This document shows positions 1 to 15,275 of a stretch of DNA of 64,000 nt, in pieces. Under the pieces are notes generated by a model. That model was not told where the DNA came from. It saw only the letters and a program-made list of their open reading frames with translations, and searched no databases. Each line of letters begins with the position of its first letter. Position 1 is the first letter of the stretch. Both the position numbers and the translations under genes were made by a program. The stretch is taken from the NCBI GenBank assembly GCA_051294375.1, contig CM119264.1, positions 14,906,682 through 14,970,681 of the forward strand. Direction: 5' to 3'. This DNA is from Paraspadella gotoi (Eukaryota; Animalia; Chaetognatha).

Positions 1-1313
1 AATCTTCGCGCTGCTCCAAGTTTATCTTTACGTTAGAAAAATGCTCCTCTGGCCAAGAAGATATCCTCCATCGAAGTTTAAGTGAAGAAGCCGGAATAAA
101 GTCCACCACGACGCCGGTGACATTGCCGTCGAAAAGACAAAATCGACTCTCACGGGAGAGTTCCCACTCTACGGGTGCCTTTGTCCAAGCCTCGATCAGT
201 TGTCGCTGAGTTAGAAAATCGAAGAGCTGTATGGCGTCGCACTTGAAGGTATCGCGAAGGTTCACACTACGAGTTTTTAAACCGACGTTCGAAGTAGAGG
301 CCACAGGGGTCGAAGCTTTTGAGCACGGCGATGGAGCCCTGACGCCGTCGAACCGCGCTACTTCCGTGTTGTTCAAGTGGCTGAAAACGACGTTTTTATC
401 TGCGGTCGATACGGGCTTGATCAGACCTTTCGGAAATTCCGTCTTTAATTCCGCGAGATAACACTCAAGTTGCCGTTTAATGAGCGGAATGCCGGTGAGA
501 CGAAGAGCATTTTTGAAGGCATAGTCAATGTCGCCGCAGTTGGTGGTGGTGATAACGACGTCGATCTCGTCCACGTCGTTCTCGTCGCTCAAACCGTTTA
601 TTTCCAATTCACCGGAGACGAGAGAGCTTTCGACATCGTCGACATAAACACCGTCCCATTTGCCAGAGATCTTCCAATCGTATAGGAAGATCAATTTTGC
701 TTTCCTTAAAAGTTAAACGAAGAGAACAATAACCGGCTGCGCAAGTGATTTTCTTATATAAATACAATGTATAGTACATATATATATATTTATATATAAA
801 ATAAATATATTTAAAATGAGCATAAAAGATGCGCCCAAAAACTTTTACTGATTCCTCACCCATCTGCCAAATATTAATAAAAATAATTTAATATTTTATA
901 AATCGTACTGCGTTAATTTTGTAGTCATTTGATCATGTGTCTACACAAATATGAAAATCTCAAGCCTTAAGGCATTTTATTTTATATACTAGTGAAAAGC
1001 AAAAGTTTAAAACGTACGTAGGGCAGATCGGCAGAAGAATCGACTAATTATTGTTCGATTAAGTAATATAACTCCCTATAACATGGTACTTCTTTTACCG
1101 ATTATTAACGAAGGCTTCGCCAGTTATATCCACCTCGTTGACTCTGATTCTCTTTCCATCTGTTTCGATAGCCAAGTCTTTTAACAATTCTGTGAGGCGG
1201 GTCCGCGACCATTTCGACGCGTCCTTCTCGCTCCAGTGCCAGTTGTTTACGTTGGTGGCATCGGGCCTGGCCTCCACGATCCACCGCGGGTCACCCTCGC
1301 CCCACTTTGCCAT
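1..1313 (-). CDS. AHSA1: Activator of Hsp90 ATPase 1 (Aha1); 3' end runs off the window
   Basis: Exon 1 1313-1099 (MAKWGEGDPRWIVE..NVNNWHW, the Aha1 NxNNWHW motif). GT-AG intron 1098-705. Exon 2 704-<1 continues R|KAKLIFLYDW (RKxK motif) into a C-terminal AHSA1-type domain (FDGNVTG..LRWRISSWPEEHFS). Confidence 0.95.
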
Positions 1314-1611
1314 ATCGCTCGATTACTCGAGAAATAAATTTAGATCGGCAACAATTTACATTGAAATTTTCATCTGCCAAATAAAAAACCATAAAAAACA
1401 CAACAGTGAAAATGATAGCAGAAAAGGCCTAACTATATTCACTTCAGACGCAGGAAAGTTGATGTAAAGGTGATGTAAAAATTAAACTCAAAACCACTAC
1501 AAAACATCAAAAAACTGTTACAATAAAATGTAACTTTAATAGAAATATAAATCTTTCGCGGTAATTAGCAATTGTTGGTGATTGCAACCAAATTCTCGGA
1601 ATTGCTCAAAG

Positions 1612-3327
1612 TCATCTCATAGTGACGAGCCCAACCTCCATGAGCTTTTTCAACTTGGATGCCACGTTGGGATCGCGAAGGTGATCCCTAGCGCTCTCGG
1701 GCTCTTGCTGCATTTGCTCTAAAATGAGCTGCATGGCAGGATCACTCAGAATGCTTTGAACATCAGGGTCCTGTATGGCACGCTCTCTAACGGCCTCTGG
1801 GTCCGAGTCTACGGCTCGCGTCGCGTTTCTGTATCCCTCCATCGCTTCAACGTTAGTGGAGTCTATGTTGACAGCTTTTTTAAAGGCTTCGGCGGCCTTT
1901 GTAGGGTTCTTCAGGGCTAAACACACGTGACCTTTGCGAATATAACCCTTGATAAAATCTGGGTCGATTTCGATACACCTGTCGCAGTCCTTAAGAGCAA
2001 GGCTAAACTCCATGAGCTTGCTATAAGCGGCGGCCCTGTTACTGTAAATTTTTGAGTCATCTGGATTTCGATGCAAAGCTTCAGTGTAGCTCTTCACAGC
2101 GTTAGGATAATCGCCTTTAGTGAAAAATTCGTTTCCTTTTAATCGTTCTTCCTCCGCGAGAACAGGGTCGATGTATGCTCGTGCCGCCTCGTCTTTCATA
2201 TTCTTCTCCATTTGCTGAACCTGACGAAGATACAGTTGTTTAGTGGTTAATATTTTTTTTGACATGTTGGGCTTGTTCCTGTCGCTTACCTTCTTGACGA
2301 CATCGGTGCTTCGATGCTCTGATAGAGATTTTTGATAAAATTTCAACGCGGCGGCATTGTCTCCCAATTTTACATGCGCATTGCCGATACGTGCCAAGGC
2401 CTTGGCAATCAGTTTGAAGTCTGCTCTATTCGCTCTTCCGACATCGACGGCCTCTTCGCACTTGGCTATGCAAGCGTCAAAGTCGCCTTTCTCGAAGTGG
2501 ACGGCCGCCTGGTTAGATAAAAGGCTCATGTTGGAAGAGTCTTCATCGAAAGCGGCAGCGTACAGTCGGAGAGCTTCGTCGAAATCTTTTTTCTTGTAAG
2601 ACTCATTTCCTTTGTTCTTCAGACTTAAAGCTCTTTGTTGTTGCTCGCTCAATTCGGATTTCGGTGACGACTTCGTAGACGAATTTTCCTTCGGCTGCTC
2701 GGCAGCCGGAGGCGAAGTTTCTTTACTCTTCCTCGAATTGGAAGGCGGCGCCTCTTGAGCGCCTTCCATACCCATAAGCGCTTGCAGCGTCGTAACTATG
2801 CGAGAGTCGCTCAGATGGTTGACAATATCGTTGGGTCGTTCTTGCAAGGAGTGGATAAGTTTTCGGTAGTCGGCATCTTGAAGCAATTCGAGAGTCCGAG
2901 GATCCTTTTCCAACTTATCCCATAAGTCTGGAAAACCGAACATGTTAGGATAACCTTTTTCGTTCTTGTCGGCGTTGCGCATTGCGTTTCGTCTTCCTTC
3001 CTTCAAGGTGATGTTGTCCTCATCGTGTTTGAGTCCCTCGTCATAAGCGATGACAGCTTCGGCGAAGCGCCCCTGGAACTCGAGCGCCGTGGCTCTTCTC
3101 TGCCAACCCTTCGCCCACTTAGGCTCCAGGGAGTTGCACTTCTCCGCATCTTCAAGTGCCTTGTCAAAATCTTCCCACTTACAGTAGGCTGCGCTTCGAT
3201 TAGAGTACAGGACGTGATTGTCTGGTTCCAATTCTATGGCAGCCGTATAGAGGTCGATGGCTTCGCGGACGCGGCCCTTAGAAAGAGCTGCATTTCCTGA
3301 CTCCTTCAATTCTGACGCAGAGGGCAT
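1612..3327 (-). CDS. STIP1: Hsp70/Hsp90 organizing protein HOP/Sti1 (TPR1-DP1-TPR2A-TPR2B-DP2), ~548 aa spliced
   Basis: ATG at 3327 (MPSASELKESGN). TPR motifs LYSNRSAAY, KGNESYKKKDF, KSLSEHR and YSNRAAAY; DP2 DPDVQSILSDPAMQLILEQMQ. One 69-nt GTAAGC..CAG intron at 2289-2221. Confidence 0.96.
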   Translation of the reverse strand: MPSASELKESGNAALSKGRVREAIDLYTAAIELEPDNHVLYSNRSAAYCKWEDFDKALEDAEKCNSLEPKWAKGWQRRATALEFQGRFAEAVIAYDEGLKHDEDNITLKEGRRNAMRNADKNEKGYPNMFGFPDLWDKLEKDPRTLELLQDADYRKLIHSLQERPNDIVNHLSDSRIVTTLQALMGMEGAQEAPPSNSRKSKETSPPAAEQPKENSSTKSSPKSELSEQQQRALSLKNKGNESYKKKDFDEALRLYAAAFDEDSSNMSLLSNQAAVHFEKGDFDACIAKCEEAVDVGRANRADFKLIAKALARIGNAHVKLGDNAAALKFYQKSLSEHRSTDVVKKVSDRNKPNMSKKILTTKQLYLRQVQQMEKNMKDEAARAYIDPVLAEEERLKGNEFFTKGDYPNAVKSYTEALHRNPDDSKIYSNRAAAYSKLMEFSLALKDCDRCIEIDPDFIKGYIRKGHVCLALKNPTKAAEAFKKAVNIDSTNVEAMEGYRNATRAVDSDPEAVRERAIQDPDVQSILSDPAMQLILEQMQQEPESARDHLRDPNVASKLKKLMEVGLVTMR

Positions 3328-4057
3328 AGTCTTTGGTAAGTCTAAAATGTCTATTCTAAAGATTTTAATCAACCTGAACAAAATATTCAAGATATATAAA
3401 CGTTTTGTTACCTATCATTTTTTTTTCATTTAAATGATGACGATCGTTTGGCTATAGATTAAGAGACACTTAAAATACGTAAAAACGCGAATTTCGGCCT
3501 TTAAAACAAGGATAAAACACGTAGGGAATGATTTTTAACATATAAATTTTAGTAAGATTTATAATTTCAAAACTTCAAAGGCCAATTGCGCATTTGCTTA
3601 CAGTAAAACAATGTAAATACTTTTTCTGACCAATGAAATAATGAAACCGAAGAGAGTACCAGCCACTTCAAGAGTCCTGAATGGCAAATTATTACCTAAA
3701 TTTCAGACTATTCTACACGTAGCTGGACATTTGACAATAGAAAAATTGTACTTAATTAAAGATAATGTAAATTATTTGAATTTGAAACTTGTAGAAAAAC
3801 ACTAATGTACAAAAATCTTATTCACTAATTTTTCCGACGCCCTTGCCTGCACGAAACCAGTTTACAAGAACGACCAATAATTTCAAGTAAAAAGTTATTT
3901 TTTCATTGAAGAACAAAGATTGATACAATAATTCTAAATTTCTCTAAAACATAGTTGAACGTAAAAATAAGTTTATTTTTACAACGGATGCTCGAAATTG
4001 TCTGTACGGTCGTTATTGAGCATATCGTCGTGTTTTTACAAAACCGTAAACGACTTT

Positions 4058-7969
<3,912 letters not shown>

Positions 7970-8128
7970 GGTTTTATGAATGATTTGAAAGATTATATGT
8001 TGATATTCTTAATTTAATAAAATGAATTTAGAAATTCGTTCGGCGTTTATTTAAAAACAAGTAGCGTCGCTGAAAGAACTACTGTAAGACTAAAGAAATG
8101 ACGAGTGATGCATTTGTCCTCGCGTGGC

Positions 8129-8214
8129 CGAACAATCCAGAAGGCAATAGAATGCGGGAGAAGACGGGCGACCGGCGGAGAATGTACGAGAAGATTCTAG
8201 AATATTTCTCGAAT
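8129..8214. promoter_or_regulatory. Extended heat-shock element (HSF-binding array) upstream of HSP110
   Basis: GAA at 8130, 8140, 8150, 8160, 8180, 8190 and 8200 (exact 10-bp phase), including a perfect aGAAgaTTCtaGAAt at 8189-8203, plus TTCtcGAA at 8206-8213. Lies 160-245 bp upstream of the HSP110 ATG. Confidence 0.88.
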
Positions 8215-9854
8215 CCATTCATCGAGTTGAGTTCAGAGCTCTGGCACCGCGACCAACGACGGGGCCAGGATCGCGCATAATCTTTAAAAAGACAAGGGCG
8301 TTGTAAATGGGTTCAACTTCAGGAACCGTAGCCGCAGCCGTAGCCGGTTCCGCGCTAAGAATATCATTATCTTGTAAGAGTGATGGAGGCCTTAAACCAC
8401 CAAAGCCTGTCCAAAGTCAGGGGCAAGATAGCTTATTTATTAAATGAATGGATAATTTTTATATTAGAAATCCACTATGAAATTAATTTCAATAGAGGCG
8501 GGGGTTCAAAACTTTAGTCTTGAAGTCTACTTTTAGGTAAAAAAAGAATTTATTAAAAAAGTTCGATTTTAATGCTTTTATTGTTGCTATTAAAATTACA
8601 ATATTACTATATAATGATAAAATTTTTTTGAAATCAATCTTAACTTTTTTTGATGGATTCTGATAGAGCATAAATAGTTAAATAAAAAATTTAACTACAA
8701 CTTTCAAAAATATTTATGTTTTCTTGGTCAAAATTAAGAAAAAGTAATAAAATTATCGAAAAATGATGATGATGATGATTATAAATAGTTTTTCATATTT
8801 TTTACATACTTATAATCAAAATATCGAAAAAAGAATTATACTTTGTGTAGACAACTTTTTGCAAGCTACCTGAATCTGATCTTAAAAATAAAAAAATCCC
8901 AAAAAATTTTTTAGCCTTTCCTATTTATAAATAAATATTAAAAAATGAATATATAGAGTATGGAGTAATATAAAAAAATTTTGTCTATTCAGATTTTTTA
9001 AAAAATGTCTAAATTTTTGTTTGAGCAGGTGCTTAATTCAATTTCTTAACCACCTTACAGAGTTAGTCTCCCCCTATTTATATTGGTTGTACCAATTTCA
9101 TAAAATTCAGCTCCTTGTATTTTGATGCTAGTGCTAGTGCGGAGTACAATAAGTATTCCGAGATCTAATACTTAAGGGAGTGGTCTTTTCATACAATTGA
9201 AACATTCTTTGAAATATTTTCCACTTCATTGATAGGGAAGCCAGGTACTCTGAGAGTGAATAAACGGGACTGTGAGAGAGTCTTGATTGAAAGCTTGCAG
9301 GGACCTGCTATGTCATTATCTTGTAAGAGTGATGGAGGCCTTAAACCGCCAAAGCCTGTCCAAAGTCAGGGGCAAGATAGCTTATTTATTAAATGAATGG
9401 ATAATTTTTATATTGGTTGTACCAATTTCATGGAATCATGGGCTCTGCGCTTTAACTGCTCAATAAAGAAATAGGCGATCCTGCAGTTAAATACATTCTG
9501 GAGGTTTATGGGAAAATGAAGAAGAAGAAAAAAGTTTGTTTCTTTATGAAAAAAAAATTAGGACCGTAACATTAATGATTTTAAATTTATCAGATAAGAT
9601 ATTTCTTTTTTTTATTATTAAAAATTAATTTTAAAAATATTATTATATTTTATTATAAATTTTTATTATTCTATTATATGTTCTATTATGTTTCAAAATT
9701 TCATTTAAATTATTGGGTATTCCTGGAGATTAATACGCTTCAGAGGTCTAGGGGAAAATGAAGAGTAAATTAAAAAAAAAATAGAATGAAAAAAGATAAT
9801 TTTAAAAAAATTAAAGGAATTTAGATGCCTAAAACTTGTGATTCACAAATCGGT

Positions 9855-9899
9855 TTATACTGATGACGAATAGAATGACTATTTGAAATATATTTATAA
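9855..9899 (+). ncRNA. AT-rich minimal type I hammerhead ribozyme motif (Penelope-like element type)
   Basis: TTATA-CTGATGA-C-GAATAG-aatga-CTATTT-GAAA-TATA-TT-TATAA. Stem I TTATA/TATAA, stem II GAATAG/CTATTT, intact core, palindromic mini stem III. Confidence 0.55.
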
Positions 9900-10070
9900 T
9901 AATATAAATAAAAAAATTATTATGAAAAATCAAACTTCTCTCTTATTAAATTCAACCAACGAAAAGAAAGTAAAAAAACAAAGGAATTTATATATAATTT
10001 TTTAATATTTTTTATTTTTGTTATATTAATATGGTTATGATAAATTATAGTTAAGAATAAATTAAGAATA

Positions 10071-10471
10071 GGATAAAAATTTTATATGAGAGTATAGACA
10101 TACTATTTTAATTTATGATCAATATTTTGATCCATTGGACAGACCATCTTCAGGGTCAAATGAGTAGGTAAAGAGTCAAAGCAAAAAAGAAAAGAAAGAC
10201 AGAAAGTATGAATAACCAAAATTGGGATTAATCCATCTACCCCACTACCCTTCTTTGTTTTTAAAATCATCAAGAGCAGGCTTCCAAACATCTGTCTTCA
10301 CATAGGATCTCTGATTTTAGTCATTCACTCTCTCTCTTTTTCTCTCTCTCTTCTTTTTTTGTTCTGACTCTTTACTCACTCATTTGACCCTGAAGATGAT
10401 CTGTCCAATTGATCAAAATATTGGTCATGAATTAAAATAGTGTACCTGTACTCCTATATAAAATTGTTATC
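10071..10471. mobile_element. Inverted pair of Penelope-like terminal repeats, each with a degenerate hammerhead (10115-10158 on -, 10385-10428 on +)
   Basis: Arms of ~125 bp are reverse complements. Each reads GACC-CTGAAGA-T-G(A/G)TC..GATC-AAAA-TATT-G(G/A)TC; the GAAA core has become AAAA. Confidence 0.6.
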
Positions 10472-10632
10472 TAATTCATTATTACAGTATATGCGATAAC
10501 TTTTAAAGAATAAATTAAGAATAAATATAAGCTAATTAAAAAAGTAAGTTAAGGTTAAAAATAAGTAAAATTAAGAGTAAGTTATGGTTAGGGGTAAGTT
10601 CGGATTAAGTTTAAAATTAAGTTTTTGCTTAA

Positions 10633-13600
10633 GTATGAAAAATTGCAAGATTTTTTATTTTATTAAATTAAATTTTAAAATTTTATATTAAAATTTAAAA
10701 ATAAATATGAGAATTTAATAAATTTTAATAAATTTATATTAAAATTTTAAAATAAATGTAAGAATTTAATAAATTTTGTTATATATTATATTTAATTATA
10801 TTCTTTATTTAAAGTATATTCTTGTATAATGTTTAAGGAGAGGGACATTAGTGTTGTCTTCTGGAAATAGAGGGAGCATCTATACAACACAAAGTTAAAA
10901 ATTATTTTCTGCCCTAGTTTTTTTATTAGATATTAGACATTATTCTTGTTAAGAGGTCATTTATTAAAAATTTTTAAAAATTTAAAAGTCTGAACAGAAA
11001 AAGGTGGTATATAATAATTTAAAATTTAAAAAAATAATATTTTAATATAAATTTTATTTTAATACTATCTTTGGAAGGTTAAAATTACCCCTCTCTCTCT
11101 TTTTTAAAGTTAGTATCCAAATATTTTTAAAACTGTCAAAATTAGTTTATAAAAGTTAAAAAAATAATTAAAACATGTTTAACTTATTAAATGAGTATTG
11201 TAATCACAAATAAAAATTTTGTTATTTTATAAATATATATAAAACATAATAAAAAAATAAATACTACAAATAATAATATTTTTGAAAAAATTTTATAAAT
11301 TTTTATAATATTTTACCCATGAAGCTTATCATTGGTTTTAATATCATAGTTTTAAATTTTTTTTCCATAAAATTTTTTTTTTTCAATTTTTTCTCTTCAT
11401 TTTCCCATAAGCCTCCTAAGTGTATTAAAATCCAGGATATTTAATTATTAAATTATTTCTTTCGTTTTATTATGATCGTATACAACTCCAGGAATGCCCT
11501 CGTCTTTTGTTTTTAAAATGCACTGAATGATCCTGTCATCTGAAAAGTTTTTTTTGGAAAGAAATGAAGAAATGTTCGCGAGAATGAAAGGAACAACAAT
11601 TGTATAGTCTATACTATAGAGGAGTTTTAAGATTCCATAAAATTAATATCAATAATAATATTAATATTCAATGGGTCATGGACGACATGAGAATTAATTT
11701 TTTCTACATAGATACTCCAAAATTATTTCGCATTATCAGTTTGTTCTACTTCTACAAACCATTTGATTTGTTTTTCACAATTGCTCTCCTTCGCGTTCAG
11801 CTAACATTTTAACATTTTAATGATTTTTGTCTTTGATTATTATTTTCAGAAAAAAGAATTAATTATATCTATCTCATAAAATTCGTGTATTTAATTCGCT
11901 TAGCCCTTTATTCACAAGCATTTTAAATGAAGTATAAGGAAAATGGCTTTTAAAACATAGTTATGATACTAATCGTTTAAGAGGAAGGGTAACATTGCAA
12001 TCTAATTATGTCCGTTTAAAAACGTTTAGGTTTATAAACATTATCATTTTTAAAACAAATAACATTTATTTTTGTTACTATACTTATTGTTTAATGTTAT
12101 TTATCATACGACGATTCAAGATTAGTTTTTATATTAATTTTCTTTCAAACATAAACCACCAAAGCCTGTCCAAAGTCAGGGGCAAGATAGCTTATTTATT
12201 AAATGAATGGATAATTTTTATATTGGTTGTACCAATTTCATAAGTTCAGACCTAATGTTTTTTTATTTTCAAAAACTGAAAAGATCTCAAAATTTTCAAT
12301 TCAGTTTTTTAATAATAGCTAAAAACGGAAACCGTTAAAAACAAAGAAAATCTATTGTATGAAAAATTGCAAGATAACTTGTTTTACTATATTAGACTTT
12401 ACAATTTCTTATTGGACCTTGTTTGGATTCTTTCGTTTCTTTGTGTTGGTAACATTTTAATTTTTTATTAAAATGTTAAAATTTTATTTTTTTCACTATA
12501 TATTAGATTTACTTATATTCTTTCTATAAAGTATATACTTTTATAATTTAATGGGGAATAGTGAGAGCATCTATACAACACAACGTTAAAAGCTACTTTC
12601 TGCCCTAGTTTTCTAATAAGATATTAGACATCATATTTGTTAAAAAGTCATTTATTGAATTTATAGTATTTCCAATTTAAGTTACGCAGAACTAACACGA
12701 ACCTATGCCATGACCTACTTGCGTAATAAAAGTATTTATACACAGAAGTCAGAAAGCAAAGGAGAGCGCAATAATGTTCTGTTTACTTTTTTCCCAATAT
12801 TTATCCATTGTCGGCTTCTTCAAGATATCTGGCCGAAGTACTTGAGACAAGCATTTCATGCCGATTATTATTCGCGCCACATTAAGTATCATTATATTGT
12901 CTGTTCAAAATGAAAAGTGGCACGCTATTCAATCCTACACCCTTTTCCACTTTTGACAATGACGAGGTTTATATGGATGGATGGAAGGATGGATGGATTG
13001 ATAAGAGATTAAAAGCGAGAAAGGGATAGAAAGCTCATTTAAAACCTTGTTGATTTTGGGTTTTGATTTGTGCTCTCCCAAATTTTATACTTTTAATGAC
13101 GAAAAAAATATTTTGACAACTCCATGCATTTTTTAAAATTATGTTTTAAATTTTTACCAACTTATGTATAATCTCTCTCTCTCTCTCTCTCTCTCTTTGT
13201 TTGTTTCGTGAGATGGAGATCTTCCAGATTGCAAAATAAAGGACTGGACAATTTCTTAACGGAAAGATAAAGCGAGTAAATGGCAAGAGTCCATCACGTA
13301 CGTAAGTTGAAAGCTAAACTTACAATATTGAAAATTTTAAAACATACAGGGACTTCATTCTGAATAATTCTTGATAATAATCACCACGTTTTCCCTTTAA
13401 AATCTATTAAAAATAAAGATTTCAGCTTGGGGGTAAAAAAATTACGAAAGACGACTTTGTTGATAAATAATAGTTACTCTAGTAAATAAGTTAGGTTTTA
13501 CATGAGAATTATGTAAGATAACTTTACAATCAACGTTAATACTTGTTAAATTGTTAAAAACTGTTAAAATTTGGACGAAAAAAATAAAGGAAAGTGACTC

Positions 13601-15211
13601 CGCGCTTGAGAGCAACTGTGATAATACTATTAAGAAATTTGAACATTTTTCTAGGTCAATATAAACGTCAAGTAGTTTTCTAACTAATAAATGTTATAAA
13701 AATAATATATAGTAAAAGAATTACGAGCTTAATCAAATCTTTTCGTATCGGTGCAGATTGTAGTCTCTATTGTTCCAGCTCTTTCTATCGATTTACTAAC
13801 CGGTTAACCTTTAAGGCGGATTTTTCATTGCCGACTGTTGATAAACCAACGAAAAAAAAGAAAACTGGGGAAAATAATTTTGGTAAAGGGTAAATTAGTA
13901 AACGAAACTCATGAAAAAAAATACTATGATTCGTAACTATATTGCGGCCAAGGTTAGCAAGGAAAAACCATTTTGACAAACATTAAAAGAAGGCTGATGC
14001 AGCGTTAAGGTTCTGCTGGTTTCGATACCGTCATTGTCATTGAAAGTTTTTGCACATGCGTTTTTGTATTTTAGTTATAAATTCGAATATGAGTAAAAAG
14101 AAAAAGTAAATTCAAAACTCAAAAATGTTATTTTTATGTTTAACATAGAGAAAAAGTTCATCTTTCAAATAGTTTTTTTCCATTATGATCGTCAGAGTAA
14201 TTACTTCATTTCGATTGAAAAAAAATTAATAACCTCGAACGATTTTTATTCATGTTTCATCCTCGTAAGCTCTCGAGTTTGAAAATGAAAATTCTACTAG
14301 GTTTATCGGGAGTTGCCCCAGGAACTCCTGGTCTATGCTTCGAAAGTCTGGACCAAGCAAGTGGGTAAAATAATACGGACGGATCTAATGACGATAGTGA
14401 GAGTTAAAGAATAGGCTGAGCGAGAATGGGAAAGTAAGAGGGAGACAAAGAGATACGTACAAAGACAGAAAGAGAAACATAGGGAGAGAGAGAGAGAGCA
14501 AACGAGATTGAAAAGAAACCTAGGGAGATGAAGAGGGACGTCGGGTGTCATATCGAGAATAAATTATCGGGTAAAATTAGAAACTAGAAAAACTCGATGG
14601 TTTCATGAAAAACGGCATGAAAATTTTTTCAAAGTTGGATGCACTCTTCTGGGAATAAATCCAGAATCTCATTAAAGTTTTTCCCCCTTCTTGGTCCGAA
14701 GCCATAAAAGAGGGGCCAATCAAAGGGCAACTCCGTTGCAAGGATTTCGTGTGCCTCCATTCCAAAAGGCAAAAGGCAAAGAAAGAATCTTAAAAAGAAC
14801 TTATATGTTAATTAAAATGATTTGTTAGGTCAGCAAGCCATCAAATTTTGAATTTAGAGAACCATCACAGTTGGATGGATTGAATCGAGGAAGCCGATTG
14901 GTTATTTATTAATGGGAGGTCGGAAAGGCAACATTAAACAGGAAGCAGCGAAAGACGACCAGGCTTGCAGAAAGAAAAAACTCCAAATTTAAAAATATTT
15001 AAAAAAATCAAGGCAACTGAAAAAAAAACAATATTTGAAAAATAAAAACCGAGTGAGAAAAGTGACAAAAAAGTTTAAGATACAATTTATTGAAAAAACG
15101 AAAGAAATAAAGAAAGAAAGAGAGAGAAAGAAAGAGAGGAAGAGAAAAAGAAAGAAAGAGAGAAGAAAGAAAGAGAGGAAAAGAAAAGAGAGAAAAAAAA
15201 GAAAAAAAGGT

Positions 15212-15275
<64 letters not shown>

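Larger units (their letters stand above)
8364..12241. repeat. Three near-identical direct copies of a ~90-120 bp interspersed repeat (8364-8465, 9313-9431, 12152-12241)
   Basis: Shared core ccaaagcctgtccaaagtcaggggcaagatagcttatttattaaatgaatggataatttttatatt; a partial copy lies near 9078-9101. Probably a TE terminus. Confidence 0.85.

Noticed and set aside
3328-3390. N-terminal extension of the 592-aa STIP1 ORF (MNILFRLIK...)
   Set aside because: Begins at a non-ATG codon and spans a splice acceptor; HOP homology starts at ATG 3327.
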